Assembly (NCBI GenBank): GCA_947168395.1
Contig: CAMVLT010000008.1
Coordinates: forward strand, 44,246 to 108,245
Source: an uncultured Prevotellaceae bacterium
GTDB lineage: Bacteria; Bacteroidota; Bacteroidia; Bacteroidales; Bacteroidaceae
Length of the DNA: 64,000 nt
Direction of reading: 5' to 3'
The translations under genes and the position numbers were made by a program. The notes under the pieces are model-generated. The model searched no databases. It was not told where the DNA came from and saw nothing but the letters and a program-made list of their open reading frames with translations. Numbering within the stretch: the first letter of the stretch is position 1; the number at the start of each line of letters is the position of its first letter. Positions 9,427 through 19,900 of the stretch are shown one piece after another.

Positions 9427-11001
9427 TTAACTGGAATAGTTCTCTATCCGGCAGGTATGCTGTTTCGTCTCTCGGTCGTAATTAATCCCGACAAGCAGAA
9501 GCCGGTCAGCATACTCGGCCACCTTGGCTGGATAGTTCTTGCGGTGTATCTGATTGATGGCCGAGTCGGCATCCTTATCACACTTCAGTTCAAGGACAAT
9601 GGCAGGCGAATCAACGTTCTTACGGGGTATGAGCACGATGTCGGCAAAACCCTTTCCTGTAGCCAATTCACGGTGCATAACGTAATCGTTGCGGGCATAG
9701 TAGTAGGCTATGGAGAGCACACAGGCAAGTGAATTCTCATTATTATAACTGAGAATGCTGGTATGCTCGTCGTGAGCGGCATCGATACCCTCTGCCACAG
9801 CTTTCTCGTCGCCGTCGAGTGTGGCTTGTAGCAGTTGCGCAGAAGCTTCTATAGCAGAAACAACATGCTGCCAGTTGTTGGCTTCTACAGCATTCACCAT
9901 TTCACCCGCTACTTCACGGTTAGGAATGTAACATTCCTCCTTGTTCCAATCGTATGACAAATAGCCTAAGTGAATGAGTACGGTCAGCACGTCGTCTTTA
10001 CTGTAGATCACAGACATATCATTCTGGAATTTGGTGGGATTCACCTTGCAACGACCTCCGGCAAGCATTCTTATGACATCATCCTTCAGACCATCATAGT
10101 TCATCTGAATATAGTTGGCCACAGTATCGTAGGCACCCGTCGAGGCCCAATAGCTCTCACAGCTTTCATTGTAGATTGCCTGCATGACGCTGTTAGGATT
10201 AAACATTGACGTCTGACGGCCTATCTGATAGCCGTCGTACCACTTTTCCAATTCATCGAAGTCCATGTCGTGCTTTTCAGCCAATGTGCGAACTTCATCC
10301 TTCGTAAAGCCGAAATACTGCGACAGTGGACCAGCCTTAATCATCGAGTATTCGGTAAAGTTGTTCATGGCCGACTGGGTCTTATACTTCTTGACGGGCA
10401 GGATGCCGGTCATATAGACACCTGCAAACACCTGCATGGTCTGTCCGCCTTTGAACATACGTCGCAGCCAGTTGACGTATTCGTCCATTGCCTTTGTGCC
10501 AGGCTTGAATTCACGGCAGATAGCATCCCACTCGTCAATAATGAAGATAAACTGCTTTTGTTTGGCAGCAACAATTCGGATAAGATAGGCCATCAGGTCA
10601 TCGTCATCCTGAAGTGGAACATCAGGATATGCTGCACAGATATCTTTCCTCAGTTGTTTATCCATCTGACGCACAATTTCCTCATCCTTGAATCTTGTCA
10701 CGAAATCGGAGAGGTCCAGAAAGATGACGGGATACTTGTTCAGATGTCGCTCGAACGAAGGGTCGCCAGCAATCTGCAAGTCGGCAAACAGTGAGCGAGA
10801 GTCGCACGACTGATCGTAGTAGGCGCAAAGCATCTTGGCAGCCATCGACTTGCCAAAGCGGCGACTACGCGACACACAACTGAAACGTCGCTCCGTGAAG
10901 AGCGTACCATTGACTACGGAAATCAGTCCCGACTTGTCAACGTACTCACTATTACGGGCAGACCAGAATCCTGCGTTACCGACATTAATATATGTTCCCA
11001 T
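9427..11001 (-). CDS. AAA-ATPase-like protein with C-terminal PD-(D/E)XK (PDDEXK_9) nuclease domain
   Basis: YVDKSGLI, SRSRRFGKS (Walker A), IIDEWD, ELATGKGFADIV...VLELK, LLLVGINY. AT-richer than neighbouring genes. Confidence 0.88.
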   Translation of the reverse strand: MGTYINVGNAGFWSARNSEYVDKSGLISVVNGTLFTERRFSCVSRSRRFGKSMAAKMLCAYYDQSCDSRSLFADLQIAGDPSFERHLNKYPVIFLDLSDFVTRFKDEEIVRQMDKQLRKDICAAYPDVPLQDDDDLMAYLIRIVAAKQKQFIFIIDEWDAICREFKPGTKAMDEYVNWLRRMFKGGQTMQVFAGVYMTGILPVKKYKTQSAMNNFTEYSMIKAGPLSQYFGFTKDEVRTLAEKHDMDFDELEKWYDGYQIGRQTSMFNPNSVMQAIYNESCESYWASTGAYDTVANYIQMNYDGLKDDVIRMLAGGRCKVNPTKFQNDMSVIYSKDDVLTVLIHLGYLSYDWNKEECYIPNREVAGEMVNAVEANNWQHVVSAIEASAQLLQATLDGDEKAVAEGIDAAHDEHTSILSYNNENSLACVLSIAYYYARNDYVMHRELATGKGFADIVLIPRKNVDSPAIVLELKCDKDADSAINQIHRKNYPAKVAEYADRLLLVGINYDRETKQHTCRIENYSS

Positions 11002-11119
11002 ATAGACGCATAATTAACTTGCCACATTAGGTTTCTCGGCTACAAAGATAACAATTTTCCTGCTGATTACCAAAAAAACAGAGCGAAAGATACAAAAAGT
11101 TTCCAAAAGGCAAGCAATA

Positions 11120-11152
11120 AAAGATGCTGCGTCGGGGTGGCGCAGCATCTTT
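11120..11152 (-). terminator. Intrinsic terminator downstream of susD
   Basis: AAAGATGCTGCG-loop-CGCAGCATCTTT hairpin. Confidence 0.75.
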
Positions 11153-11173
11153 GAATGGAATTATCTGTGATAA

Positions 11174-13102
11174 TTAGTCTCTGTAAGCCTCGTTCTGCTC
11201 GCAAAGCGGGTTCTTCATGATTTCGTCCATCGGGATGGGCATATCCATCTTCAGGTCGTTGTAATCATAGTCACGGTTGGTCCAGGGCACATCCTTCAGA
11301 TCCACAACGTCACGCTTCGGATAGTTGGTAGCCACGTGGTCGGCCATGAAGCCTGACTTCTGCATATCGGGACGGAGGCACCACTCGCAGTTGAACTCCT
11401 TACGGCGCTCGGTGTTGACAGCCACCTTCCAGACTGGAGAGCTGAAGCCCTTCTGGGCAGCGTATGCGGTGTAGTACTCCTTAGCAGGCTTGCGCAGGTC
11501 GTCGTTGCTGCCGAAGGGGAGAGGATACTCGGTGCGGGTCTTGTGGAACACGCCACCGTTCTCATCGCTACCGTCTACACGGCCCACCCAGTCAGCATAA
11601 CTGTTGTAGTAAGGCAGGTACTTGCTGGTGAGGTCGCCCTCCTTGCCAGCCTCCAGCTTACCGAAGGCACGCTCACGCAGCTTGTCGAGCTGAGCCCAAG
11701 CAGTAGCATCATCGCCACCATTGAGGCGGAACAGGCACTCTGCATAGTCGAGCATCACGTTCGGCAGACGCTTCCAGTAAATAGGAGTCGGGCTCCAGTG
11801 ACCATCACCCCAAGACTTGTAGTCGGCAGAGGCAGTACGCCACATCTTAGAACTCCAGATAGAAGGTGCCCACTCACCGTTGTTGAAGTGGAACTGCTTG
11901 GTGGTGGTACCAGAACCACCCTTGCCGAGTACTTCCTGCAGATACGGATTCACACCGTAGATAGCGGGCTCGTACCAGCCTTCATACTGAGGATCGTATG
12001 CGGGGTTGTTCGGGTCGATCTGAGGAACAGCACCCGTGTAACAAGAACCCTGACGGCGCTTGTCACCCTTCTCATAGCAAGAGTACCACTCCCAAGAGAG
12101 GTAGAGCGAACCCCAACCACCATTCTCAGGACATGCAGTGTACCACTTCAGCATCAGGTTTGAGGTCAGGTTATCCCACTTACCCCAGTTGCTGCCTTCG
12201 TCGAGCTGCTCCACCCAGATAGCCTCGGGTCCCCAAGCAGAAGCGGGATCCCACAGCGTGGTGAATGAAGGATTCAGCTGATAGGTATTGCTGTCGAGAA
12301 TCTTCTTGAAGCACTCGGCTGCCAGCTGGTAGCACTCATTGGCTGTTGTAGGAGCAACACCCGTACCCTGAATGCCATTAGCGCCTTCGGTCAAGCGGTA
12401 AGCTTTCCACATATAGGCATCGCCCAAGAAAGCCAGAGCCATACCCTTGGTGCAGCGGCCATACTCGTTGTCAAACGGTTTCCAGTCAAGCAGGTCGGCA
12501 GCAGCCTTGAAGTCTTCGATGATGAAGTCCCACATCACAGCGTAGTTCTCGGCCTTTGCCTTCATAGGCGTGTTCAGGAAGTTCTCGCCTGTTGCCAGCA
12601 TGGGAACGCGGCCGAAGGTGGTAGCCAGCCAGTGGTAGAAGAAGCCACGCAGCGCACGGCCCTCACCCTCCAGGTCTTTCTTCATTTTCACATCAATCAC
12701 ATCCTCAGGATAGTCCTTCAGCTTGTCTAAGAAGTCGTTGGCACGGCAGATAGCGGCATACACATGCTTCCAGCCCTTGAGCAACTCGTCAGAGTTGGCA
12801 TTCCATGCCTGCACGTTCCAGTTCTTATCCCAACCCGTAGCCTGAGTATCAATCGTCGGGTGGCAACCTGTGAACAGATTGGGCTTGAATCCCCAGTCAC
12901 CGTCATAACTACCATTGGGGAATACCATGTCATAGACACCGTTCAGTGCCCTCTTGGCATTCTCTTTGCTCTCGTATGATGCAGCAGGGTCAACCACATC
13001 GTAAGCCTTCACATCCAGGAATTTCTCGTTGTCACAAGATGTCAGGCCAAGACCCGTCACGCTGCACAAAGCTGCACTTAAAATAAAATATCTTGTTTTC
13101 AT
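11174..13102 (-). CDS. RagB/SusD family glycan-binding lipoprotein
   Basis: Lipobox LTSC; YAAICRANDFL, GEGRALRGFFYHWL..FGRVP, ERRKEFNCEW, MPIPMDEI..NP; directly downstream of susC. Confidence 0.93.
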   Translation of the reverse strand: MKTRYFILSAALCSVTGLGLTSCDNEKFLDVKAYDVVDPAASYESKENAKRALNGVYDMVFPNGSYDGDWGFKPNLFTGCHPTIDTQATGWDKNWNVQAWNANSDELLKGWKHVYAAICRANDFLDKLKDYPEDVIDVKMKKDLEGEGRALRGFFYHWLATTFGRVPMLATGENFLNTPMKAKAENYAVMWDFIIEDFKAAADLLDWKPFDNEYGRCTKGMALAFLGDAYMWKAYRLTEGANGIQGTGVAPTTANECYQLAAECFKKILDSNTYQLNPSFTTLWDPASAWGPEAIWVEQLDEGSNWGKWDNLTSNLMLKWYTACPENGGWGSLYLSWEWYSCYEKGDKRRQGSCYTGAVPQIDPNNPAYDPQYEGWYEPAIYGVNPYLQEVLGKGGSGTTTKQFHFNNGEWAPSIWSSKMWRTASADYKSWGDGHWSPTPIYWKRLPNVMLDYAECLFRLNGGDDATAWAQLDKLRERAFGKLEAGKEGDLTSKYLPYYNSYADWVGRVDGSDENGGVFHKTRTEYPLPFGSNDDLRKPAKEYYTAYAAQKGFSSPVWKVAVNTERRKEFNCEWCLRPDMQKSGFMADHVATNYPKRDVVDLKDVPWTNRDYDYNDLKMDMPIPMDEIMKNPLCEQNEAYRD

Positions 13103-13159
13103 ATATTCTTACTTGTTATTTAGTTTGTTTGTATACCTTCTGTGATTCAAGAATATCAT

Positions 13160-16100
13160 TTACTTAACCTCAGAGATAATCACCGAACGGCTGAGCTGCT
13201 CGTCGTTGAAGTACATGTAGTCAACACCGCCCTTAGAGTCCTTAACCAGCTGAGAGGCGGGAACGCCATACTGCTTGGTGAGGATGTCGTAAACGTTCTG
13301 GGCACGACCCTGAGCCAGCTGGGCATTGCCCTCGGCAGTACCGGTCTGCTTGTCAGCATAACCAATCACGTTGTACTTCTTGTTCGGGGTAGCCTTGATC
13401 ATCTGTGCGATGGTCTCGAGGTTCACCTTCTCACGGTTCACCACGTCGGTGGTGTTAACAACAAAGTTCACCAAATACGGGAATGTAACCACTTCCGTGC
13501 TCTTCACGATTTCCTTCTCGGGCTTGATGTTGCGAGCCTGAGCCAGCTGGTCGCGGAGACTGTTGATTTCGCTGTTCAGACGGTCAATCTCAGCATTGTC
13601 CTTCACATAGACAGTCTTGGTGGCTGCGGCAGCTTCATCCTTACCGAAGGTGACATTCACACCTGCCATGAAGGTACGGGGCTGCGGGTAACGACCGGTG
13701 TCAAGACCGGTGAAGAGTACAGAACCGCTACCGCACTCAGGATCGCCGTACTTGTTATAACCAGAGATGGTCAGCAGGTTGCTCACACCAACATATACAC
13801 GTGCCTTCTGGATGGCAATCTTGTTGGTCAGGCTCTGCGGGAGGGTGTAACCCACCTGAATGTTCGAGATACGCAGGAAGTCGCCGTTCTTCACCCACAT
13901 GTCGCTGACACGGTAGTTACGGTTCGGGTCGAGGATAGCCAGACGGGGCAGTGAACCGCTACCATTGCGGAATGCATCGTTGTAAGCGTCCTCAAGGATG
14001 TTAGGAACGGTCTGGTCGTCAAACTGACCCATGCTCGACAGCTTCATAGCTGAGTAAGACAGGATGTCCTGACCAAACACACCATACATATAGAGGTTGA
14101 AGTCCCAGTTCTTATAGACAGCACCTAAGGTAAGACCATAGTTCAGAGTGGGGAAGCCATTACCCAGGATCTTACGGTCGTTCTGGTCGATGGTGTGGTC
14201 ACCATTGAGGTCTTCGAACATCATGTCACCAACTGCCAGCGGGTGGTCTTGGTCGCACTTCGATTCAGCATCACCACCTGCGGTATGCCAATTGCCTTCA
14301 GCATCCTGCCAGTCTTTAGTCAGATAGTCGGTGTACTCCTTCAACTGCTGCTCATTCTGGATGATACCCTTTACTACGTAGCCATAGTATGAACCTACAG
14401 CCTCGCCCTCCATACAGATAGAGTGGTTGTTCCAGTAACCGTTACCGTCGATAGCACCGACCTGAGAGCCGTCGTATCTGCTTGCACCGTTGTTGTCAGA
14501 GCAGGTGTTGTACAGAGGATCACCCATCTTCTTCACCTTATTCTTAAGAGTAGAACCAGTCAGACGAGCGTTGAAGCTGAAGTCCTTGTTGAACTGCTTG
14601 TGGTAGCCAAGAGCAAACTCGAAGCCTTTGTTCTCAATCTCACCATAGTTGGTGTAAACCTCAGTGTAACCAGCTGACGGACGCATCTGGCGATAGAGCA
14701 GCAGGTCCTTGGTCTTCTTAATGAAGTAGTCAACAGTGATGTCCCAGTTCTGCAGGAAAGCAAAGTCGATACCGAAGTTCAGCATCTCGGTGGTCTCCCA
14801 CTTCAGGTCAGCATCCTTCAGCGGCATGAAGAAACCGATGTCGCGGACACCGTTACCCCAAGCACCAGAAGAGCCATTTAAAGGATAGGTCTTATAAGCA
14901 GCGTCAGTGCTCTGGGCGATGACAGCCATACCTGCCAAGCCACCGGCATTACCAGTCTGACCCCAACCAGCACGGAGCTTCAAGTTGTCAATAAAGTTCA
15001 CGTTCCTCATGAACGGCTCCTCGCTGATACGCCATGCACCAGCAACTGAGGGGAAGGTACCCCAACGGTTACCCGTTGAGAAGTTAGAGCTACCGTCCCT
15101 ACGGATGGTACCCGTCAAGATATAACGGTCGAGCAGGCTGTAAGAAGCACGTGCGAAGTAAGAGATGCTGTGAACGTCGGCATTGTAAGCACCACTGGTA
15201 GCCTTGGAGTTAATATCCATGGTCAGGTTGATGTTACGGTTGTAGACAGAGGGGAAGCTTCTGGAGCTGGAGTTCACCCACTGGCCCCAAGACTTGTTAA
15301 CCTCATTACCGGCCATCAAGGTCAGGTTATGTGCATTCCAGTCAAGATTATAAGTAATGTAGGTCTGGATACCCATGCTATAGCCATTGCTGTTGTTCAG
15401 CGAGAAGGCGTAGGTCTGATCCTGGGTCATGGGAACATCCCGCCAAGAATAAGTTCCCAGCCACTTCAACTTCTTCTGGCCGTCAGGATTTGTCACTTCC
15501 TCGCAGTCAGGCAAATAATTGGAACGTGAACGTCCACCAGTATAGTCAGAGCTGTTGTTGCCCCAATAAGTAAAGGTACCCTGACTCTTCACATCCAACT
15601 TGTGGTGCTTCAGGTCGAGCAGCGTCACGTCAATGTAAGCAGTGGTCTGCACGCGGTCGTAACCGTTGCGGGAACGGTCGCCATTCTCCATCTGAGAAGC
15701 GTAGGGGTTGGCACCGATAGAGGTGTTACCTTCCCAACCGTTCACCGTTGACTGAGAACCAGTACCGAAGCTATCATCGGGGTTTCTCAGGTTCACATTG
15801 ACAAGCTGACCAAGTTCAGCATCATTATTATAAAGATAGTCCAGCGTCGGAGTCAGCGAAGCGAAGTCACGAAGTGAAGACATGTTCTGGTTGTTACCCA
15901 GTGCCATGTTCGAACCCTTACTCTCACTGTGGGTGTAGTTAATATCACCACCGAGTTCCAAGTATCTGTTCACCTTAGAGTTGACATTGGCGTGAGAGGT
16001 GAAACGCTTGTAGTTAGTGTTCACAACCAGACCGTTGATATCGTTGTAACCGAACGAGATGTTGTACTGGGTCTTGTCGCCACCACCATTCACAGAAGCA

Positions 16101-17047
16101 CCGTAAACCTGCTTGAGAGCGGCACGGGTCATTTCCTTCTGCCAGTCAATTTCCCTACGCATGCCATCATACTTAGTATCCCAAACCTGATTGATAAGCA
16201 TGTCCTTCGGAGTAATCATCTTAGCTTCGCGCAGAGCCTTAGCATAGGTGTTAAGATCCATAACATCCAGTGTGTAAGGCAGCGTCTGCAGACCGAAGTC
16301 GGCAGTCAGCGTAATGTTGGTGTGACCCTTCTGACCGCGCTTGGTGGTAATCATGATAACACCGTTAGCACCAGCCGAACCATAGATAGCGGTTGCAGAG
16401 GCGTCCTTCAAAATCTCAATACGCTCGATGTCGGCAGGGTTCACGAAGTCGGCATTGTTACCAACCTGCACACCGTCAACAACATAAAGAGGAGAAGCAT
16501 CGCCATTGATGGTTCCGACGCCACGGATACGAATGGCTGCCTTAGCGTCAGGCGAACCGTCCTGCTGGGTAACCATCACACCAGCGGCAGCACCCTGCAG
16601 GGCCTGGCCGATGTTCTGGGGAACACGCTTCATCACGGACTCCTGGTCAACGGTAGCCACCGAACCAGAGATGTCGCTCTTCTTCATGGTACCATAACCG
16701 ACGACCACAACGTCGTTAAGCATCTGGGCGTCTTCCTTCAGAACGACGGTGATGTTCGACCGTCCGCCGATCCTCACCTTCTGGCTCTGATAGCCCACAT
16801 AAGAGATTTCCAACTGGCCGTTCGACGCAGCAACAACGCTGAACTGACCGTTCAAATCGGTAGCAGCACCTGTGTTTGAACCAACGACTTTTACGGATGC
16901 ACCGATAATCGGTTCACCAGCCTCGTCGCTCACGGTACCCTTGACCGTCCCCTGAGCAAAAGCTCCCGAGACAGAAATCATCAGGAACAGCATCACCATT
17001 CCCAATGATCGCTTCATGAAATCAAAGTTTCTCATGCTTTCATTCAT
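13160..17047 (-). CDS. SusC/RagA TonB-dependent transporter with C-terminal OmpA-like domain
   Basis: VVVVGYG, PLYVVDG, IEILKDASATAIYGSAGANGVIMITTKRG, RRDGSSNF, LKWETT, YPQPRTFMAGVNVTF. Followed by about 160 extra aa containing VIGYADKQTG...NAQLAQGRAQNVYDIL. Confidence 0.93.
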   Translation of the reverse strand: MNESMRNFDFMKRSLGMVMLFLMISVSGAFAQGTVKGTVSDEAGEPIIGASVKVVGSNTGAATDLNGQFSVVAASNGQLEISYVGYQSQKVRIGGRSNITVVLKEDAQMLNDVVVVGYGTMKKSDISGSVATVDQESVMKRVPQNIGQALQGAAAGVMVTQQDGSPDAKAAIRIRGVGTINGDASPLYVVDGVQVGNNADFVNPADIERIEILKDASATAIYGSAGANGVIMITTKRGQKGHTNITLTADFGLQTLPYTLDVMDLNTYAKALREAKMITPKDMLINQVWDTKYDGMRREIDWQKEMTRAALKQVYGASVNGGGDKTQYNISFGYNDINGLVVNTNYKRFTSHANVNSKVNRYLELGGDINYTHSESKGSNMALGNNQNMSSLRDFASLTPTLDYLYNNDAELGQLVNVNLRNPDDSFGTGSQSTVNGWEGNTSIGANPYASQMENGDRSRNGYDRVQTTAYIDVTLLDLKHHKLDVKSQGTFTYWGNNSSDYTGGRSRSNYLPDCEEVTNPDGQKKLKWLGTYSWRDVPMTQDQTYAFSLNNSNGYSMGIQTYITYNLDWNAHNLTLMAGNEVNKSWGQWVNSSSRSFPSVYNRNINLTMDINSKATSGAYNADVHSISYFARASYSLLDRYILTGTIRRDGSSNFSTGNRWGTFPSVAGAWRISEEPFMRNVNFIDNLKLRAGWGQTGNAGGLAGMAVIAQSTDAAYKTYPLNGSSGAWGNGVRDIGFFMPLKDADLKWETTEMLNFGIDFAFLQNWDITVDYFIKKTKDLLLYRQMRPSAGYTEVYTNYGEIENKGFEFALGYHKQFNKDFSFNARLTGSTLKNKVKKMGDPLYNTCSDNNGASRYDGSQVGAIDGNGYWNNHSICMEGEAVGSYYGYVVKGIIQNEQQLKEYTDYLTKDWQDAEGNWHTAGGDAESKCDQDHPLAVGDMMFEDLNGDHTIDQNDRKILGNGFPTLNYGLTLGAVYKNWDFNLYMYGVFGQDILSYSAMKLSSMGQFDDQTVPNILEDAYNDAFRNGSGSLPRLAILDPNRNYRVSDMWVKNGDFLRISNIQVGYTLPQSLTNKIAIQKARVYVGVSNLLTISGYNKYGDPECGSGSVLFTGLDTGRYPQPRTFMAGVNVTFGKDEAAAATKTVYVKDNAEIDRLNSEINSLRDQLAQARNIKPEKEIVKSTEVVTFPYLVNFVVNTTDVVNREKVNLETIAQMIKATPNKKYNVIGYADKQTGTAEGNAQLAQGRAQNVYDILTKQYGVPASQLVKDSKGGVDYMYFNDEQLSRSVIISEVK

Positions 17048-17090
17048 AGTTTTTTAGAGTTGTTAATAATAAAATTATAAAATTTTGCTG

Positions 17091-17098
17091 CAAAGTTA
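17091..17098 (-). promoter_or_regulatory. -7 promoter box for susC-susD
   Basis: TAACTTTG on the minus strand about 45 nt upstream of the ATG. Confidence 0.7.
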
Positions 17099-17162
17099 AA
17101 AATATTTACGTTAGCAGGTTTCCCCATACGTATCAAACCTTTTCGTTTTTGTTGCAACCTTC

Positions 17163-19745
17163 TCAAAAGACGTTTACAGAAAGAGGTTTCAGACTGTTAT
17201 CGGCAGAGCTATTGCCATATAACAGTTCGTATGTACCAGGTTTTACCCGCATTGTATTTGTCTCGGTATCGAAGAACTCAAACGACTTTCGTGTGAGTTG
17301 GATGGTCACCTTCTCCGTCTGGCCAGCCTTGACGCTGACACGCTGGAAACCGCGAAGTGACTTCAGCGGTCCCTCTTTGTCCTGGAGGTCACGGATGTAG
17401 AGCTGAACTATCTCATCGCCGTCACGGTTGCCTGTATTCGTCACGTCAACGGTCAGTGTCCCGGAGCCGTCATTGTTCATTTTACATTGTGCATTATTTA
17501 TTACAAACGTCGAGTACGACAGTCCATAGCCGAAGGGAAAGAGGGCATCGTTGAAGTAGCGGTAGGTGCGTCCCTTCATCGAATAATCCTCATAGTCGGG
17601 CAGCTGGTCGGAAGACTTATAGAACGTGACGGGCAGTTTTCCTGCGGGGTTGTAGTCGCCGAAGAGCACATCGGCAACGGCAGTGCCGCCTTCCTGGCCG
17701 GGATACCAAGCCTGGACGATGGCATCGCAAGCCTCAGTCTCGGGCAACAATGCGATAGCCGAACCCGAACAGTTGACAAATATGATGGTCTTGCCGGCAG
17801 CCTTCAGAGCTTTCAGGAATTCGCGCTGCACCTTGGGCAGTTCGATGTGGGTACGGTCGCCGCCCTTAAAACCATCGATTTCAACGGGCATCTCCTCACC
17901 TTCGAGGGCAGCCGAGATGCCGCCTACGAAAATGACCTTATCAATGCCTTTGAGCTGGGCGATGGTCTGCTGATAGTCGATAGGATGTTCCTTGGCGATA
18001 TTGATAGCCAAGTTGGCGTTATAGGTCTGGATGTGCGAGAAGCGTACCTCTATATTGTAGCTCTTGCCCTTCTCTGCCTGTATGGCCACGCGGTTGGGAG
18101 TAGTGCGCCAGATGCGATGGCGGAACTTCTGCACGCCGTCGATAAACAGCTCGAAGTGTCCGCAACCGTCCACATTGACCACATACTCACCGGCCTCCTG
18201 CGGGGTAAACGTGGTCTCATACTTTGCCGAGAAGTCCTCAAGCTGTACGCCAGGGGCAAAGTTGTGCATACCAAAAGTGGTAACAGCCAATGGCTGGGTA
18301 TAATACTGCGTGGTGACAGGCTTGCCCTCCATGCGCCGGTTGTTCCAGAAGGTACCCTTCATGCCCTTCTTGCCTTCGAAGCTGCATTGCGAAGCCATCA
18401 GGCACTCCATCACCCGGTCGTAGGTCAAATCGCAACCCTTAGTGTAAAAAAGTTTCTTTTGCTTCGCCTTGATGCCATCGAGAATGGTGATGGTATGGTT
18501 AGGCGTACCGTTGTAGTTACCCCACATCATCGGCTCGTTGTCGGCATTGGGACCGATAACGGCAATGCGTTCCTTATTCTTTTGGAGGGGAAGCACATCG
18601 TTCTTGTTCTGCAGCAGCACGATGGTCTGACGCGCCATGTCGAGGGCTATCTGGCGGTGTTCCTTGGAATCCATTGCCGAATATGGAATTTTCGACCACT
18701 CGACAAGCGAGGGGTCGTCCATCTCGCCCAAGTCGAAGCGGCCCTCCAACAGTCGGATGACGTGCTTGTCGACCTCAGCCTCTGTGATATAGCCGCGACG
18801 GACAGCTTCAGGGATGCTTCGGTAGGCATAGCCATAGCCGCACTCCACATCGGTGCCGGCAATGGTGGCCTTGGCCGAGGCATGAACGGGTGACGATGAA
18901 GACTTGTGCGACTCATAGAAGTCGCTGACGGCACCACAGTCGCTGACCACCAAGTACTGGAAGCCCCACTCGTCGCGCAGAATGGTCTGCAACAGGCGCT
19001 GCGAACCGCAGCATGGGTCGTCGTCGAGCCGCTGGTAGGCACACATCACCTCGCGCACCTTGGCATCCTGCACCAGCGTCTTGAAAGCCGGCATGTAAGT
19101 CTCCCACATATCGCGGGGCGACACATTGGTCAGGTTGGCCGAGTGGCGGGTGTACTCCGGTCCGCTGTGTACGGCGTAGTGCTTGGCACAGGCCCACAGC
19201 TTACGGTACTTCGCATCCTCGGGACCTTGCAGGCCGCGAACCACCTGGGTACCCATGACGCTGGTCAGGTAGGGATCCTCGCCGTAGGTCTCCTGTCCCC
19301 TGCCCCACCTCGGATCACGGAAGATATTCACATTTGGTGTCCAGACAGAGAGGCTATGGAACTTCTCGTCCTCGCCACCATTTTGCATGCGATGGTTGTA
19401 CTGTGCACGGAACTCGGTGCTGGCAGCATCGAACACCTTATATAATAATATAGGGTTGAAGGAAGAAGCCATAGCAACAGGCTCGGGGAATACTGTCACG
19501 TTGCCCATGTTGGCAGCACCATGCAATGCCTCGCTCCACCAGAAGAACTTCTTGATACCCAAACGGGGAATGGCGGGACTTTCGTCCAGCATCAACTTGG
19601 CCTTTTCTTCCAAAGTCAGTCTCGAACACAAATCCTTGGCACGTTCTTTAGCCGGCAGATTAGGGTTCTGGTAGGGCAAAGACTGGGCCTCAACAGTTTG
19701 ACTGGCCATCACGGCCCATGCCATCAGTAGTAATAAATGTTTCAT
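17163..19745 (-). CDS. xyl3A: GH3 xylan 1,4-beta-xylosidase with PA14 insert and Fn3-like domain
   Basis: WWSEALHG, WTPNVNIFRDPRWGRGQETYGEDP, KHYAVHSGPE, VVSDCGA, EGEEM, AWYPGQEGG. Confidence 0.92.
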   Translation of the reverse strand: MKHLLLLMAWAVMASQTVEAQSLPYQNPNLPAKERAKDLCSRLTLEEKAKLMLDESPAIPRLGIKKFFWWSEALHGAANMGNVTVFPEPVAMASSFNPILLYKVFDAASTEFRAQYNHRMQNGGEDEKFHSLSVWTPNVNIFRDPRWGRGQETYGEDPYLTSVMGTQVVRGLQGPEDAKYRKLWACAKHYAVHSGPEYTRHSANLTNVSPRDMWETYMPAFKTLVQDAKVREVMCAYQRLDDDPCCGSQRLLQTILRDEWGFQYLVVSDCGAVSDFYESHKSSSSPVHASAKATIAGTDVECGYGYAYRSIPEAVRRGYITEAEVDKHVIRLLEGRFDLGEMDDPSLVEWSKIPYSAMDSKEHRQIALDMARQTIVLLQNKNDVLPLQKNKERIAVIGPNADNEPMMWGNYNGTPNHTITILDGIKAKQKKLFYTKGCDLTYDRVMECLMASQCSFEGKKGMKGTFWNNRRMEGKPVTTQYYTQPLAVTTFGMHNFAPGVQLEDFSAKYETTFTPQEAGEYVVNVDGCGHFELFIDGVQKFRHRIWRTTPNRVAIQAEKGKSYNIEVRFSHIQTYNANLAINIAKEHPIDYQQTIAQLKGIDKVIFVGGISAALEGEEMPVEIDGFKGGDRTHIELPKVQREFLKALKAAGKTIIFVNCSGSAIALLPETEACDAIVQAWYPGQEGGTAVADVLFGDYNPAGKLPVTFYKSSDQLPDYEDYSMKGRTYRYFNDALFPFGYGLSYSTFVINNAQCKMNNDGSGTLTVDVTNTGNRDGDEIVQLYIRDLQDKEGPLKSLRGFQRVSVKAGQTEKVTIQLTRKSFEFFDTETNTMRVKPGTYELLYGNSSADNSLKPLSVNVF

Positions 19746-19778
19746 AAATTATTGGTATACCTTGGTTGATTTCGACGG

Positions 19779-19900
19779 CAAAGGTAACGTTTTGTACGCA
19801 GATTCAGTTGTCAGAATGTTTCAGAAGCTTTCTTCTTCGTAACAATCGTAAATATATTGCTCTTCCTGTCTTGGAATCTGTGATATTTTACCTATCTTTG
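19779..19900. promoter_or_regulatory. Divergent promoters for xyl3A and GH43
   Basis: TACCTTTG on minus (19779-19786) and TATCTTTG on plus (19893-19900). Confidence 0.7.
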
